Source of the DNA: a bacterium
Lineage (GTDB): Bacteria; Lernaellota; Lernaellaia; JACKCT01
Assembly: GCA_963674685.2 (NCBI GenBank)
Contig: CAXXWT010000005.1
Location: forward strand, 595,450-659,449
DNA: 64,000 bases
Reading direction: 5' to 3'
Position numbers and translations under genes: made by a program. The first letter of the stretch is position 1. Every line of letters starts with the position of its first letter. The notes beneath the pieces were generated by a model. It was not told the origin of the DNA. It searched no databases and saw nothing but the letters and a program-made list of their open reading frames with translations. Positions 54,257 to 63,365 of the stretch are shown here, piece after piece.

Positions 54257-56365
54257 ATGCGAAAAATTACTCGATTCACCCTGCTTGTCACCGCGCTGCT
54301 GCTCGTCGCAACGCCGGCTTACGCGTACGTCGGCCCCGGCGCCGGTTTCGCTTTTATCACGAGCTTCTTTTTCCTGATCGCCACCTTTTTTGTCGCCCTT
54401 TTTTCGGTCATGATCTGGCCGATTCGCTTTCTGTTTATCTGGCTGCGCCGGCGGCGTGCGCTCAAAAACGCCAAAGTCAATAGAGTTGTGGTTCTGGGAC
54501 TGGACGGCATGGATCCGGATCTTACGGAGAAATGGATGGCCGAAGGCCACCTGCCGAATTTCAAAGCGCTTTCGGAAAAGGGGAGTTTTTCCCGGCTGCA
54601 AACCACGTATCCCGCGGTCAGCCCCGTCGCCTGGTCAAGCTTCATGACCGGCGCCAATCCGGGGCGGCACAGGATTTACGATTTTCTTTCCCGGGATAAA
54701 AACACTTATCTACCCACGTTGTCGTCCGCCTATATCGGCAACGCAAAAAAGACCATCAAACTGGGAAAATACCGAATCCCCGTCGGCAAGCCGGATATCC
54801 GCCTCCTGCGTAAGAGCAAGCCCTTCTGGGTCGTCCTGAGCGATCATGGCGTGCGCTCTTCGATTTTGCGCGTTCCCATCACTTTTCCGCCGGACAAATT
54901 CAAAGGTGTGCAGCTTTCGGGCATGTGCGTGCCGGATCTGCTGGGCAGCCAGGGGACGTTCAGCTTTTTCACGACCCGCGCCATCGACATGGGCGACGAC
55001 GCCGAAGGCGGCGTCGTTTTGCCTTTAACAAAAAGCGGCAAGGAATACCTGGGCGAAATCAAGGGACCGCCCAATTCGCTGGTGGAAGGCTCGCCGGACA
55101 TGATTCTGCCGTTCAAACTGAGCAAGGGCAAAAACGGCGCTTGCAAACTGACGCTTCCCGACAAAACCTACTGGCTTGAAGTCGGTAAATTTTCCGGGTG
55201 GTTGCCGGTGAAATTCAAAGCCGGCCTGGGAATCAAAGTTTCGGGCATCGCGCATTTCCTCGTCACCGAGTTCGGCGATGAAGTCAGCCTCTATGTGACG
55301 CCGATCAATTTGGATCCGGAGCGCCCGGCCTTTCCCATCACCAATCCGCCGGCCTATTCCATGTACCTGGCCAAGCAGATCGGCCCGTACGCCAATTTGG
55401 GGCTGGCCGAGGACACGTGGGTTCTCAACGAAGGTTTGCTGACCGACGACCAGTTCCTCAAGGAATGCGAATTGATCCACGAGGAACGGGAGCAAATGTT
55501 TTTCGACGCGCTGGAGAAAACTCGGAGCGGCGTGGTCGTTTGCGTGTTCGATGATACGGACCGGATACAGCACATGTTCTTCCGCTACCTCGAAAAGGAC
55601 CACCCGGCCCTTTCCCATTACCCGGAAAGCGACCGCAAGGACGCGATCCTCGATCTTTACAAAAAGACGGACGTCATGCTCGGGCGCGTGATGAACCAGA
55701 TCAAAAAGGACGACGCCTTTTTCGTGATGAGCGACCATGGATTCAAGCCGTTCGTCCGCGGCGTCAACCTCAACACCTGGCTTCACCAAAACGGCTATCT
55801 GGCTCTTAAACCCGACAGCAAAAAAGGCAAGTGGCTGTCAAACGTCAACTGGGAAAACACCCGCGCCTATCAGGTCGGCCTCGGCGGATTTTATCTGAAC
55901 CTCAAAGGCCGCGAGGCCAAAGGCATCGTCGAGCCTGGCGCGGAAGCCGAAGCGCTGATCCGGGAATTGATCGAAAAACTGACGAACCTGCCCGATGAGG
56001 AGAGGTCCGAGATCGGCATCAACGACGTCTGGGCGGCCACAGACATTTACAAGGGCCCCTACGTGGGCGAGGCGCCGGACCTGATCATCGGATATAACGT
56101 CGGATATCGCGCGGGTTGGGACGGCGTCACGGGCGTCATCACGGACAAGGTCTTCGACGACAACGTCAAAGCCTGGAGCGGCGATCACTGCATGGATCCC
56201 CGAAAAGTCCCCGGCGTATTGTTTTCAACTTCGAAAATAACAAAAGACTCCCCGTCGATCATGGATATCGCCCCGACAGTCCTGGGGCAGCTCGGCGTCA
56301 AAAAGCCCGGGTACATGGACGGCGAATCACTTATGGAGCAAGGTTCCAAGGAGGCGGTCTCATGA
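54257..56365 (+). CDS. alkaline-phosphatase-superfamily protein (paralogue C) with an N-terminal two-helix membrane hairpin
   Basis: MRKITRFTLLVTALLLVATPAYAYVGPGAGFAFITSFFFLIATFFVALFSVMIWPIRFLFIWLRRRR is followed by VVLGLDGMDP, YPAVSPVAWSSFMTGANPGRHRIYDF and MSDHGF. Trimmed to the ATG at 54257. Confidence 0.75.
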   Translation: MRKITRFTLLVTALLLVATPAYAYVGPGAGFAFITSFFFLIATFFVALFSVMIWPIRFLFIWLRRRRALKNAKVNRVVVLGLDGMDPDLTEKWMAEGHLPNFKALSEKGSFSRLQTTYPAVSPVAWSSFMTGANPGRHRIYDFLSRDKNTYLPTLSSAYIGNAKKTIKLGKYRIPVGKPDIRLLRKSKPFWVVLSDHGVRSSILRVPITFPPDKFKGVQLSGMCVPDLLGSQGTFSFFTTRAIDMGDDAEGGVVLPLTKSGKEYLGEIKGPPNSLVEGSPDMILPFKLSKGKNGACKLTLPDKTYWLEVGKFSGWLPVKFKAGLGIKVSGIAHFLVTEFGDEVSLYVTPINLDPERPAFPITNPPAYSMYLAKQIGPYANLGLAEDTWVLNEGLLTDDQFLKECELIHEEREQMFFDALEKTRSGVVVCVFDDTDRIQHMFFRYLEKDHPALSHYPESDRKDAILDLYKKTDVMLGRVMNQIKKDDAFFVMSDHGFKPFVRGVNLNTWLHQNGYLALKPDSKKGKWLSNVNWENTRAYQVGLGGFYLNLKGREAKGIVEPGAEAEALIRELIEKLTNLPDEERSEIGINDVWAATDIYKGPYVGEAPDLIIGYNVGYRAGWDGVTGVITDKVFDDNVKAWSGDHCMDPRKVPGVLFSTSKITKDSPSIMDIAPTVLGQLGVKKPGYMDGESLMEQGSKEAVS

Positions 56366-58362
56366 ACCGCGAATTAAAATATCTGATTATCGCGACGGCG
56401 CTGGTCATGCTGCTCGCCGGCGGCTGTGGTTCCGGCAAAAGCGCCCCGGCAAACGGCGAGGCCAAAGTCATGGTTCTGGCCTTTGACGGCCTCGACCCGA
56501 TCCTTCTCAATCAATGGATGGACGAGGGCGCTTTGCCCAATTTCGTCAAACTGAAAAAGGACGGCGATTTCAAAAAGCTGGGAACTTCGATCCCCCCGCA
56601 AAGCCCCGTGGCCTGGTCCAATTTCATTACCGGCCAGAATCCGGGCGGACACGGGATTTTCGATTTCATTCACCGGGATCCCAAGACCTATCTGCCGTTT
56701 TTATCCACCACGAAAACGCAGGCTCCGGAAAAATTCTGGAAACTCGCGGGCTATCAAATTCCCGTGGACGAAGGCAGCGTCACGTTGATGCGCCAGGGCA
56801 AAGCCTTCTGGCAATACCTTGCCGACGCCGGCGTGCCGGCCACCATTTTCTCCATTCCCAGCAACTATCCGCCGGTCGAAGGACCGTTTCGCTCGATATC
56901 CGGCATGGGAACGCCGGATCTGATGGGCGGCTACGGAAGCTTTTCCTATTTCACGGACGACCCGACGATTCCCAAAGAGGGCGAAGAGGTCACCGGCGGA
57001 CAGGTTTACCAGGTCTCGGTGGACAATGGAGAACTCAAAGCGGCGATTACGGGTCCGAAAAATACATTTAAAGTCGTCCCCGAGGGCGAATATCCGCCCG
57101 ACAGCACCGTCAAATTCACCGTCCACATCGATCCGGAAAACGACGCGGCGACGATCGATATTTCCAGGCAGCGCATCCTCCTGAATCGCGGCGAATGGTC
57201 CGACTGGGTGGGGATCGAATTCGAGATGATCCCCTACGCGGTTTCCGTCAAAGGCATCGTCCGGTTCCTATTGAAAAGCGCGCACCCGCACATCGGTCTT
57301 TACGTGTCCCCCATCAATATCGATCCGCGTGATCCGGCCCTGCCGATCAGCACGCCTCCCGAATATGCGCAGGAACTGGCGGATGTCGAGGGAGGTCCGT
57401 TCTACACGCAGGGCATCCCTGAAGACACCAAGGCTTTATCCCACAACATTCTGACCAACGAGGAGTTTTTGCAGCAGGCCCATACCGTTTTGTCCGAGCG
57501 GCTCAAGCTCTATGATTACGAGCTATATCGCTTCCAACGGGGATTTCTGTTTTTCTATTTCTCTTCTTCCGACCAGCTCACGCACATGTTCTGGCGCACC
57601 ATGGACCGCAATCACCCGGCTTATGATCCGGAAAAAGACGCCGCCTATCAGGGAGTGTTGAAAGACACCTACATGCGGATGGATAAAATCCTGGGCAAAG
57701 CCATGGACAAATTGGGCGACCAGGACGTTCTGATGGTGATGAGCGACCACGGCTTCGCTCCCTTCTACAAGTCGTTTCATCTGAACTCATGGCTTTTGGA
57801 AAACGGGTACGTTCAACTGCGTGACCCTGATGATCGAAGCGCAGATTTTCTCATGAACGTCAACTGGTCCGGCACCAAGGCCTATGCCCTGGGGATCAAC
57901 GGGCTTTATCTGAACCTGGGGGGGCGGGAAAGAATGGGCGTGGTTCCGGTTCACAGGGCCGACGCGCTGCTGGATGAGATATCCAATAAGCTCCTCGAAG
58001 TCGTCGATCCGGAAAACGGGAAAAAGGTCATCGCCAAAGTCTACAAAACCTCCGAAGTGTATAAGGGGCCCTATAAAAACCTGGCGCCGGATCTGATCAT
58101 CGGCTACGCGCGCGAATATCGCGGAAGCTGGCAAACCGCGCTGGGCAACTTCCCGGAAGGCGCGCTGATCGTTCCGAACAAAGATGAATGGAGCGGCGAT
58201 CACTGCATGGCGGCGGAAGTGGTCCCCGGAAGCCTGCTGGCCAATCGGCCGGTCAAATTGTCCGATCCGAAGCTGTACGATTTGCCCGTGACGATTCTGG
58301 AGCTGTTCGGTATCGAGCGTCCCAAGGATATGATCGGACACAATATATTTACCGGCAAGTAA
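56362..58362 (+). CDS. alkaline-phosphatase-superfamily lipoprotein (paralogue D)
   Basis: There is an ATGA overlap with paralogue C. The signal peptide has lipobox LLAGGC. Motifs are MVLAFDGLDP, IPPQSPVAWSNFITGQNPGGHGIFDF and MSDHGF. Confidence 0.75.
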   Translation: MNRELKYLIIATALVMLLAGGCGSGKSAPANGEAKVMVLAFDGLDPILLNQWMDEGALPNFVKLKKDGDFKKLGTSIPPQSPVAWSNFITGQNPGGHGIFDFIHRDPKTYLPFLSTTKTQAPEKFWKLAGYQIPVDEGSVTLMRQGKAFWQYLADAGVPATIFSIPSNYPPVEGPFRSISGMGTPDLMGGYGSFSYFTDDPTIPKEGEEVTGGQVYQVSVDNGELKAAITGPKNTFKVVPEGEYPPDSTVKFTVHIDPENDAATIDISRQRILLNRGEWSDWVGIEFEMIPYAVSVKGIVRFLLKSAHPHIGLYVSPINIDPRDPALPISTPPEYAQELADVEGGPFYTQGIPEDTKALSHNILTNEEFLQQAHTVLSERLKLYDYELYRFQRGFLFFYFSSSDQLTHMFWRTMDRNHPAYDPEKDAAYQGVLKDTYMRMDKILGKAMDKLGDQDVLMVMSDHGFAPFYKSFHLNSWLLENGYVQLRDPDDRSADFLMNVNWSGTKAYALGINGLYLNLGGRERMGVVPVHRADALLDEISNKLLEVVDPENGKKVIAKVYKTSEVYKGPYKNLAPDLIIGYAREYRGSWQTALGNFPEGALIVPNKDEWSGDHCMAAEVVPGSLLANRPVKLSDPKLYDLPVTILELFGIERPKDMIGHNIFTGK

Positions 58363-58373
58363 AGGAGAGTTTT

Positions 58374-58565
58374 ATGTTCGGACCGAAAGTAAAATTGGAA
58401 AAGGAACTTTTCGAACGCGTGAAAAAATTTGCCGGCCGGGCCGGTTATTCTTCGGTGGAGGAATTCGTCAGCCATGTGCTGGAAAAGGAACTGGCGCAGA
58501 TCGACGAAGGCGAAAGCGAAGAGGAAATCAAGAAGAAACTCGCGGGACTCGGTTACATCAGCTAA
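58374..58565 (+). CDS. small ribbon-helix-helix protein, paralogue of 52035-52259, with a KKKLAGLGYIS tail
   Basis: The RBS is AAAGGAGAG. The protein reads MFGPKVKLEKELFERVKKFAGRAGYSSVEEFVSHVLEKEL...GESEEEIKKKLAGLGYIS. Confidence 0.6.
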   Translation: MFGPKVKLEKELFERVKKFAGRAGYSSVEEFVSHVLEKELAQIDEGESEEEIKKKLAGLGYIS

Positions 58566-58577
58566 AGGACGCTAAAC

Positions 58578-59399
58578 ATGCTGAGAATTTCCAATGCGTT
58601 GGGATTTGTTTTCAAAGGCGTGATGGCTCCTTTCCGGTCGCTTCCCCTGACCGGAATGGTCGTCATCAGCGTGCTGACCGGCGTGCTGATGCTGATCATC
58701 TATAAATATACGTCCGACCAAAAGGGCATCACCGGCGCAAAGAATAAAATCAAAGCGAACTTTTTGGCGATCATGCTGTTTTCCGACAGTTTCATCGTTC
58801 TGCTGAAATCCATCGGGCGTATATTGCGGTGGAATCTTGTTTATATGGGCCACAACCTGCGCCCGCTGGCCGTGATGATCGCGCCGGTTCTTCTCCTGCT
58901 TGTGCAACTGAATTTCTGGTACGGCTATCGCCCGGTCGAGGTCGGAGAATCCGCTCTGGTGAAGGTCAAAACCGCCCGAAACGTGGATTTATCCTCAACG
59001 GACGCGGTGCTGGAAGCTCCCGAAGGCGTTACGGTCGAAACGCCCGCCGTCCGGGCGCCCCAAACGGGCGAAGTCACATGGCGCGTCGCCGGAGCCAAAG
59101 AAGGCGCCTATAACCTGATCGTTAAAATCGGCGATGAATTGAAAGAAAAGCGCGTTGTTGTCGGACCGCCTTCGAAGCTTCATGCGTTAGCGCCCCTGCG
59201 CCATAACGGCAATTTTGCCGACGGGCTTTTATATCCCGGGGAAAAGAAACTCACCGGATCCATCCGCTCGATCAGCGTTCAATACCCTGAAGTCAAAATG
59301 AATTTCTTTGGCTGGCATACTCACTGGATCATCGTTTACTTCATTCTTTCCATCGTCGCCGGACTGGGCATGAAGGGACTGTTCAAGGTCGACATTTAA
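58578..59399 (+). CDS. membrane protein of unknown function (N-terminal TMs, central beta-rich domain, C-terminal TM)
   Basis: 273-aa ORF 12 nt after the RHH gene. It has hydrophobic segments at both ends and no recognisable catalytic motif. Confidence 0.55.
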   Translation: MLRISNALGFVFKGVMAPFRSLPLTGMVVISVLTGVLMLIIYKYTSDQKGITGAKNKIKANFLAIMLFSDSFIVLLKSIGRILRWNLVYMGHNLRPLAVMIAPVLLLLVQLNFWYGYRPVEVGESALVKVKTARNVDLSSTDAVLEAPEGVTVETPAVRAPQTGEVTWRVAGAKEGAYNLIVKIGDELKEKRVVVGPPSKLHALAPLRHNGNFADGLLYPGEKKLTGSIRSISVQYPEVKMNFFGWHTHWIIVYFILSIVAGLGMKGLFKVDI

Positions 59400-59504
59400 C
59401 GGACAGCAACGATATATATTACCGGTGCACCATGTCGATTGTCGCGAGGCCGTTGTGCGTCGATATTGGATTCCACTAAACGTATTGAATCATGAAGTGG
59501 AATG

Positions 59505-61967
59505 TCAGCCGATAATCCATCCGACAAACTTGCGTAGCCAGGAACTTCTTTTTTCTTTTCCTTCGCCGTATCCGTAACCGTAACCGTACCCGTATTTATG
59601 GTCATAGCCCTTTTCTTCGCCGCCATAGCTATATCCGTCGCTTCCATATCCGTACCCGTATCCATAGCCGTATTTTTTACCGTATCCATACGACCGGTAG
59701 CGGGAAGCGCCTGTGCCCGTGGAAACCCGGTTAAGAATAATTCCCTTGATATCCGCGTTGACTTTTTGCATATGAGACAGCAATTGCGTCAAGGAATGCC
59801 CCTGTGAACGGCCCGATCGAACGACAATGTAAACGCCGTCCACCCAGGAAGACAATACAATCGGGTCGGCGAACAGCATGCCCGGAGGCGAATCCAGAAT
59901 CACGTAACGGTAACCGGCCTTGTCCGCCTTTTCCTGGAGAAGTTTTTTCATTTCATCCGAACTGAGAATTTCCGCCGGGAAGTTCGTGGTTTTTCCCGCG
60001 GTCATCACGTCCAGATTGGGCTGGAGATCCTTGTGGATGACTTCTTCGAGAGTCGCCTCGCCGGTCAGCACCTCGACAAGACCGATCGAGGTCTCGATAT
60101 CAAGCTTCTGTTCCTTGTGCAGGCGCGGATAGCGAAGGTCGCAGTCGATGAGCAAGGTTCTCTCGCCGCTGGCTCCCAGGGCGACGGCAAGGTTCATGGA
60201 TGTCGTGGATTTGCCCTCGCCGGGAAGCGGGCTGGTCATGAGGATGCGCCAGATATCCGTTCCCCTGGCCGTGAATCTGACATGCGCCCGTAAGAGCCCC
60301 GTTGCCTCGGCCAGGGGCGACTTAAACTCGGTCTGGCGACTTAAGGCCAGATCTTCGGATTGAACCTGTGGAATTGTCGTCACCACCGGGATTCCGTATT
60401 TTTGTTCGAGCTTGTCGGGGCTGGTGATCGGATCGATTTGATAATCTACATATATCGCGATAGCAATTCCCGACATCATTCCCATCATCATGCATATTAA
60501 AACAATCAGTTTCTTTCTGGGTTTGATCGGCCATCGAGGAGCTTCCGCGGGATCGATAATCGTGACATTGCTGACGACTTGGGCTCTGCGAATTCTTGCT
60601 TCCTCGTACGATTTGAGCAGGAAGAGGTATAATTCAGCGTTCACCGTCGAAGTTCTCGCCAAAGCCGCCAGTTGGCGTTCGGTCTCGGGGAGATCCTTCA
60701 GCTTATCCTCATATTTGACGATCAGCTCTTCGATGGTTTTCATTTCTTCGTTGATGGGCTCTAAAGCGTTGTCGATAATCTGGCTGATGCGGCTTTTCAT
60801 GGCGTCAATCTGAGTTTCCAGACTCTGAATCTTCACGTTTCCCTGGGCTAATTCACTGCTCAATGTATCCAAATTCACCATGGCGTCGGAAAGCTGCTTC
60901 ACCATGCCGGTCAGCACATCGTCGGAATAACTTGATAGATCCGCCAGTAAATAGCGACTGATTGATCCGCTTTTCAAGCTCAGACGGACGGCCAGGACGG
61001 ATTGCTTTTTAATTTCAAGATCGCTTTTTTTAATTTCCAGGCGTGAAATCTCGTTAATCAGCACCTTGGCCTCGTCCTGAAGAAGAAACACTCCTTTTTC
61101 GCTTTTATATTCGTTAAGAGCTTTCTCGCCGTTTTCCAGATTGTCGCGAATCACCGCCAGTTGCGTTTCCAAAAACTCCATCGTCTGACTGGCTTCCTTG
61201 CCCAACTCCCGGATGTTTCTATCGATATAAGCCTGGGTCAAGGCATTGGCGATGTCCCGGCTTCTTTCCGAACTTGGATTGAGCACGTTGACAAACAGCA
61301 CATCGCCTTTCGACAAGGCGCCCAGCCCCGCCACTTCGATGGCTTGCCGGAAATAAGTGACGGCGCTCTCCATGGTGACGCGGGTGATTTTAAGAACTTC
61401 ACTGAAATCCGGGTTCTCGGCGGCAATTAATATATCGACCAGCGGCGATTGAATCTGCTGTCCCAGTTTGGCTTGACCCAAAGGACCGAAATCATTGGAT
61501 TCCAGTTCATATTCGCCATTTTTAAAGTTAACGGTAACCACTTCATTGATCAGTTCGTCGGAAAACGACAAACGTTCGAATTCCAAGGCGTATTTTTCTT
61601 TGAGTTTCTCAAAGTTATCGCTGTAGGCATAGTTTAACTTGAGCTTTTCCACCACTTCCTGAACCAGCGTCCGACTCGACAGGATAATCCTTTCCCGATC
61701 GATTGCGGATCTTTTCATTCCACCAAAACCTACGCCGAGATCGGTGAAATCCATTGCTCCGCTGTATTCATCGATGGAAATAATGGCCGTGGCCTGATAT
61801 GCTTCCTGCATAAAAAAGACACTGATGACGCCAATGCATGCAGCCAGAAAGGTTATGGCGGCGATAAGCCGCCACCGACGCATGATAACGCCGGCGATGG
61901 TGTCGAGGCGAAAAAGATCGCTTTCGAGGATGGAAGACTGCGGGGATGGGGGCAGAGTATTATTCAT
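59505..61967 (-). CDS. polysaccharide co-polymerase/tyrosine autokinase (Wzc/GumC-like, PCP-2a) with a (GY)n tail
   Basis: An N-terminal TM plus Wzz-like coiled-coil periplasmic domain is followed by a second TM. The BY-kinase Walker A is PLPGEGKSTTSMNLA. The C-terminal tail is Tyr-rich. Confidence 0.85.
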   Translation of the reverse strand: MNNTLPPSPQSSILESDLFRLDTIAGVIMRRWRLIAAITFLAACIGVISVFFMQEAYQATAIISIDEYSGAMDFTDLGVGFGGMKRSAIDRERIILSSRTLVQEVVEKLKLNYAYSDNFEKLKEKYALEFERLSFSDELINEVVTVNFKNGEYELESNDFGPLGQAKLGQQIQSPLVDILIAAENPDFSEVLKITRVTMESAVTYFRQAIEVAGLGALSKGDVLFVNVLNPSSERSRDIANALTQAYIDRNIRELGKEASQTMEFLETQLAVIRDNLENGEKALNEYKSEKGVFLLQDEAKVLINEISRLEIKKSDLEIKKQSVLAVRLSLKSGSISRYLLADLSSYSDDVLTGMVKQLSDAMVNLDTLSSELAQGNVKIQSLETQIDAMKSRISQIIDNALEPINEEMKTIEELIVKYEDKLKDLPETERQLAALARTSTVNAELYLFLLKSYEEARIRRAQVVSNVTIIDPAEAPRWPIKPRKKLIVLICMMMGMMSGIAIAIYVDYQIDPITSPDKLEQKYGIPVVTTIPQVQSEDLALSRQTEFKSPLAEATGLLRAHVRFTARGTDIWRILMTSPLPGEGKSTTSMNLAVALGASGERTLLIDCDLRYPRLHKEQKLDIETSIGLVEVLTGEATLEEVIHKDLQPNLDVMTAGKTTNFPAEILSSDEMKKLLQEKADKAGYRYVILDSPPGMLFADPIVLSSWVDGVYIVVRSGRSQGHSLTQLLSHMQKVNADIKGIILNRVSTGTGASRYRSYGYGKKYGYGYGYGYGSDGYSYGGEEKGYDHKYGYGYGYGYGEGKEKRSSWLRKFVGWIIG

Positions 61968-63043
61968 TATTGGTTGATTTGATTCCGAATGTAATAGTAA
62001 TCGCGGCCGGCTCCCAGAGGTTGGTACACCAGGGTGTTGAGCGTGGGGGAGATCAGCTGAATGACCTCGTTCCAGGATCCTAAAACCGTTTTGGGCACGT
62101 AGACGATGTCGCCGGGCTGTAAATTCAGCAGACCGGGATCAACCTTCAGTTTCAAAGCATCCTTGATATTGACGCGATAGGCGTAGAGCCCCTCCGGACC
62201 TGAACGCATCACCGCCACCGATTTCTTTTTCGCGCCGAGTCTGAATCCCCCCGCCGACGAAATGGCGGAAATCAGGTCAAGCCCCGTTCCTGTTATACTG
62301 ACCGCGCCGGGAGACGTGACATATCCCAGGACAAAAACGCGCATGTCTTCCACGGTGGGTATATACAAGATATCATTTTTCGCGAGATAAAGATCGACGT
62401 TGCCCCGAGTCAGGATTGTGCGGATGTTGATAATAAACGTCTTGCCGTTCCGGCTCAGATACGCGCGATCAAGGCCTCCCCCAGGGGTTTGCCCGCCGGC
62501 CAGAGCGATGGCCATGGGAACGTCGGTCTTCTGGAAGATCGGGTAGCGGCCGGGGCGCGTCACCGCTCCGAGGATCGTGTACAATTTGGACGATACTTCT
62601 ACGGGCTCGATATCCACCTGGGGATCGAGTATGACATATTCCTGGAGTTTATCCGCCAGCAATTGGCGGGCTTCCTGCAAAGTCAGTCCACCCAGTTTAA
62701 TGTGCCCGATCTGGGGCATGAAAATCGTACCGTCGTCTTTGACGATTTTATCGCCGCCGAATTCTCCATATCGCCATATGGTAATTCTGATTTTGTCGTA
62801 AGGTCCGATGGTGTAAATGATATCCCGCTCTTCGACATCGGCCAGATTTTGCACCTGAGGCAAAATGGACACCATCGGCGGCGCAACAGGCGGCGGGGTT
62901 CCGATGGGGTCTTTATCGGAGCATCCGAAAATCGACGTGAGAAAAAAAAGGATGAGCAGTAAAGACGAGGCCGGATAACGCAAAAGCGCCCTGGGAACGA
63001 ATCGGGCCAAGTATTTGTGTTTATTCAAATCCACGACTGTCAA
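61967..63043 (-). CDS. polysaccharide export outer-membrane lipoprotein (Wza-like; Poly_export plus SLBB)
   Basis: Lipobox IFGC. Motifs are YTIGPYDKIRITIW, DGTIFMPQIGHIKLGGLTLQEA and SLBB-like GDIVYVP. The stop overlaps the wzc-like start (TAATG). Confidence 0.85.
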   Translation of the reverse strand: MTVVDLNKHKYLARFVPRALLRYPASSLLLILFFLTSIFGCSDKDPIGTPPPVAPPMVSILPQVQNLADVEERDIIYTIGPYDKIRITIWRYGEFGGDKIVKDDGTIFMPQIGHIKLGGLTLQEARQLLADKLQEYVILDPQVDIEPVEVSSKLYTILGAVTRPGRYPIFQKTDVPMAIALAGGQTPGGGLDRAYLSRNGKTFIINIRTILTRGNVDLYLAKNDILYIPTVEDMRVFVLGYVTSPGAVSITGTGLDLISAISSAGGFRLGAKKKSVAVMRSGPEGLYAYRVNIKDALKLKVDPGLLNLQPGDIVYVPKTVLGSWNEVIQLISPTLNTLVYQPLGAGRDYYYIRNQINQ

Positions 63044-63365
63044 ATGCCAATCCCCATTAAACCTGCGTTTATTATTGAAATTTTACCGTCCACCTAAGTC
63101 TTAATCCGATCCGAAACCTCGAACTCCAACACATCACTGAATCGCTAAATACCCAAACGGGCCGACTATTTAGCATATTTGTTTGGCTTTGTCTCTAGTT
63201 TTAGTCTTTTTTTGGCCTCAATCATGAAACAATCTAAGAATTTCAATAATTTACAAATTTCTTTCTGTTATATTACTTGAACTATTCCTCACAGCCAGGT
63301 CCGATCCACGGCCCCGCGCCATCCTTTTGTCAATTCCCGGGTTTTCCCCGCGCGGTCGCCCGCCG

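Noticed and set aside
59468-59503. Hairpin attccact-N18-agtggaat in the convergent gap between the membrane protein gene and wzc, considered as a bidirectional terminator.
   Set aside because: No flanking T/A runs are present and the loop is large, so I did not call it.
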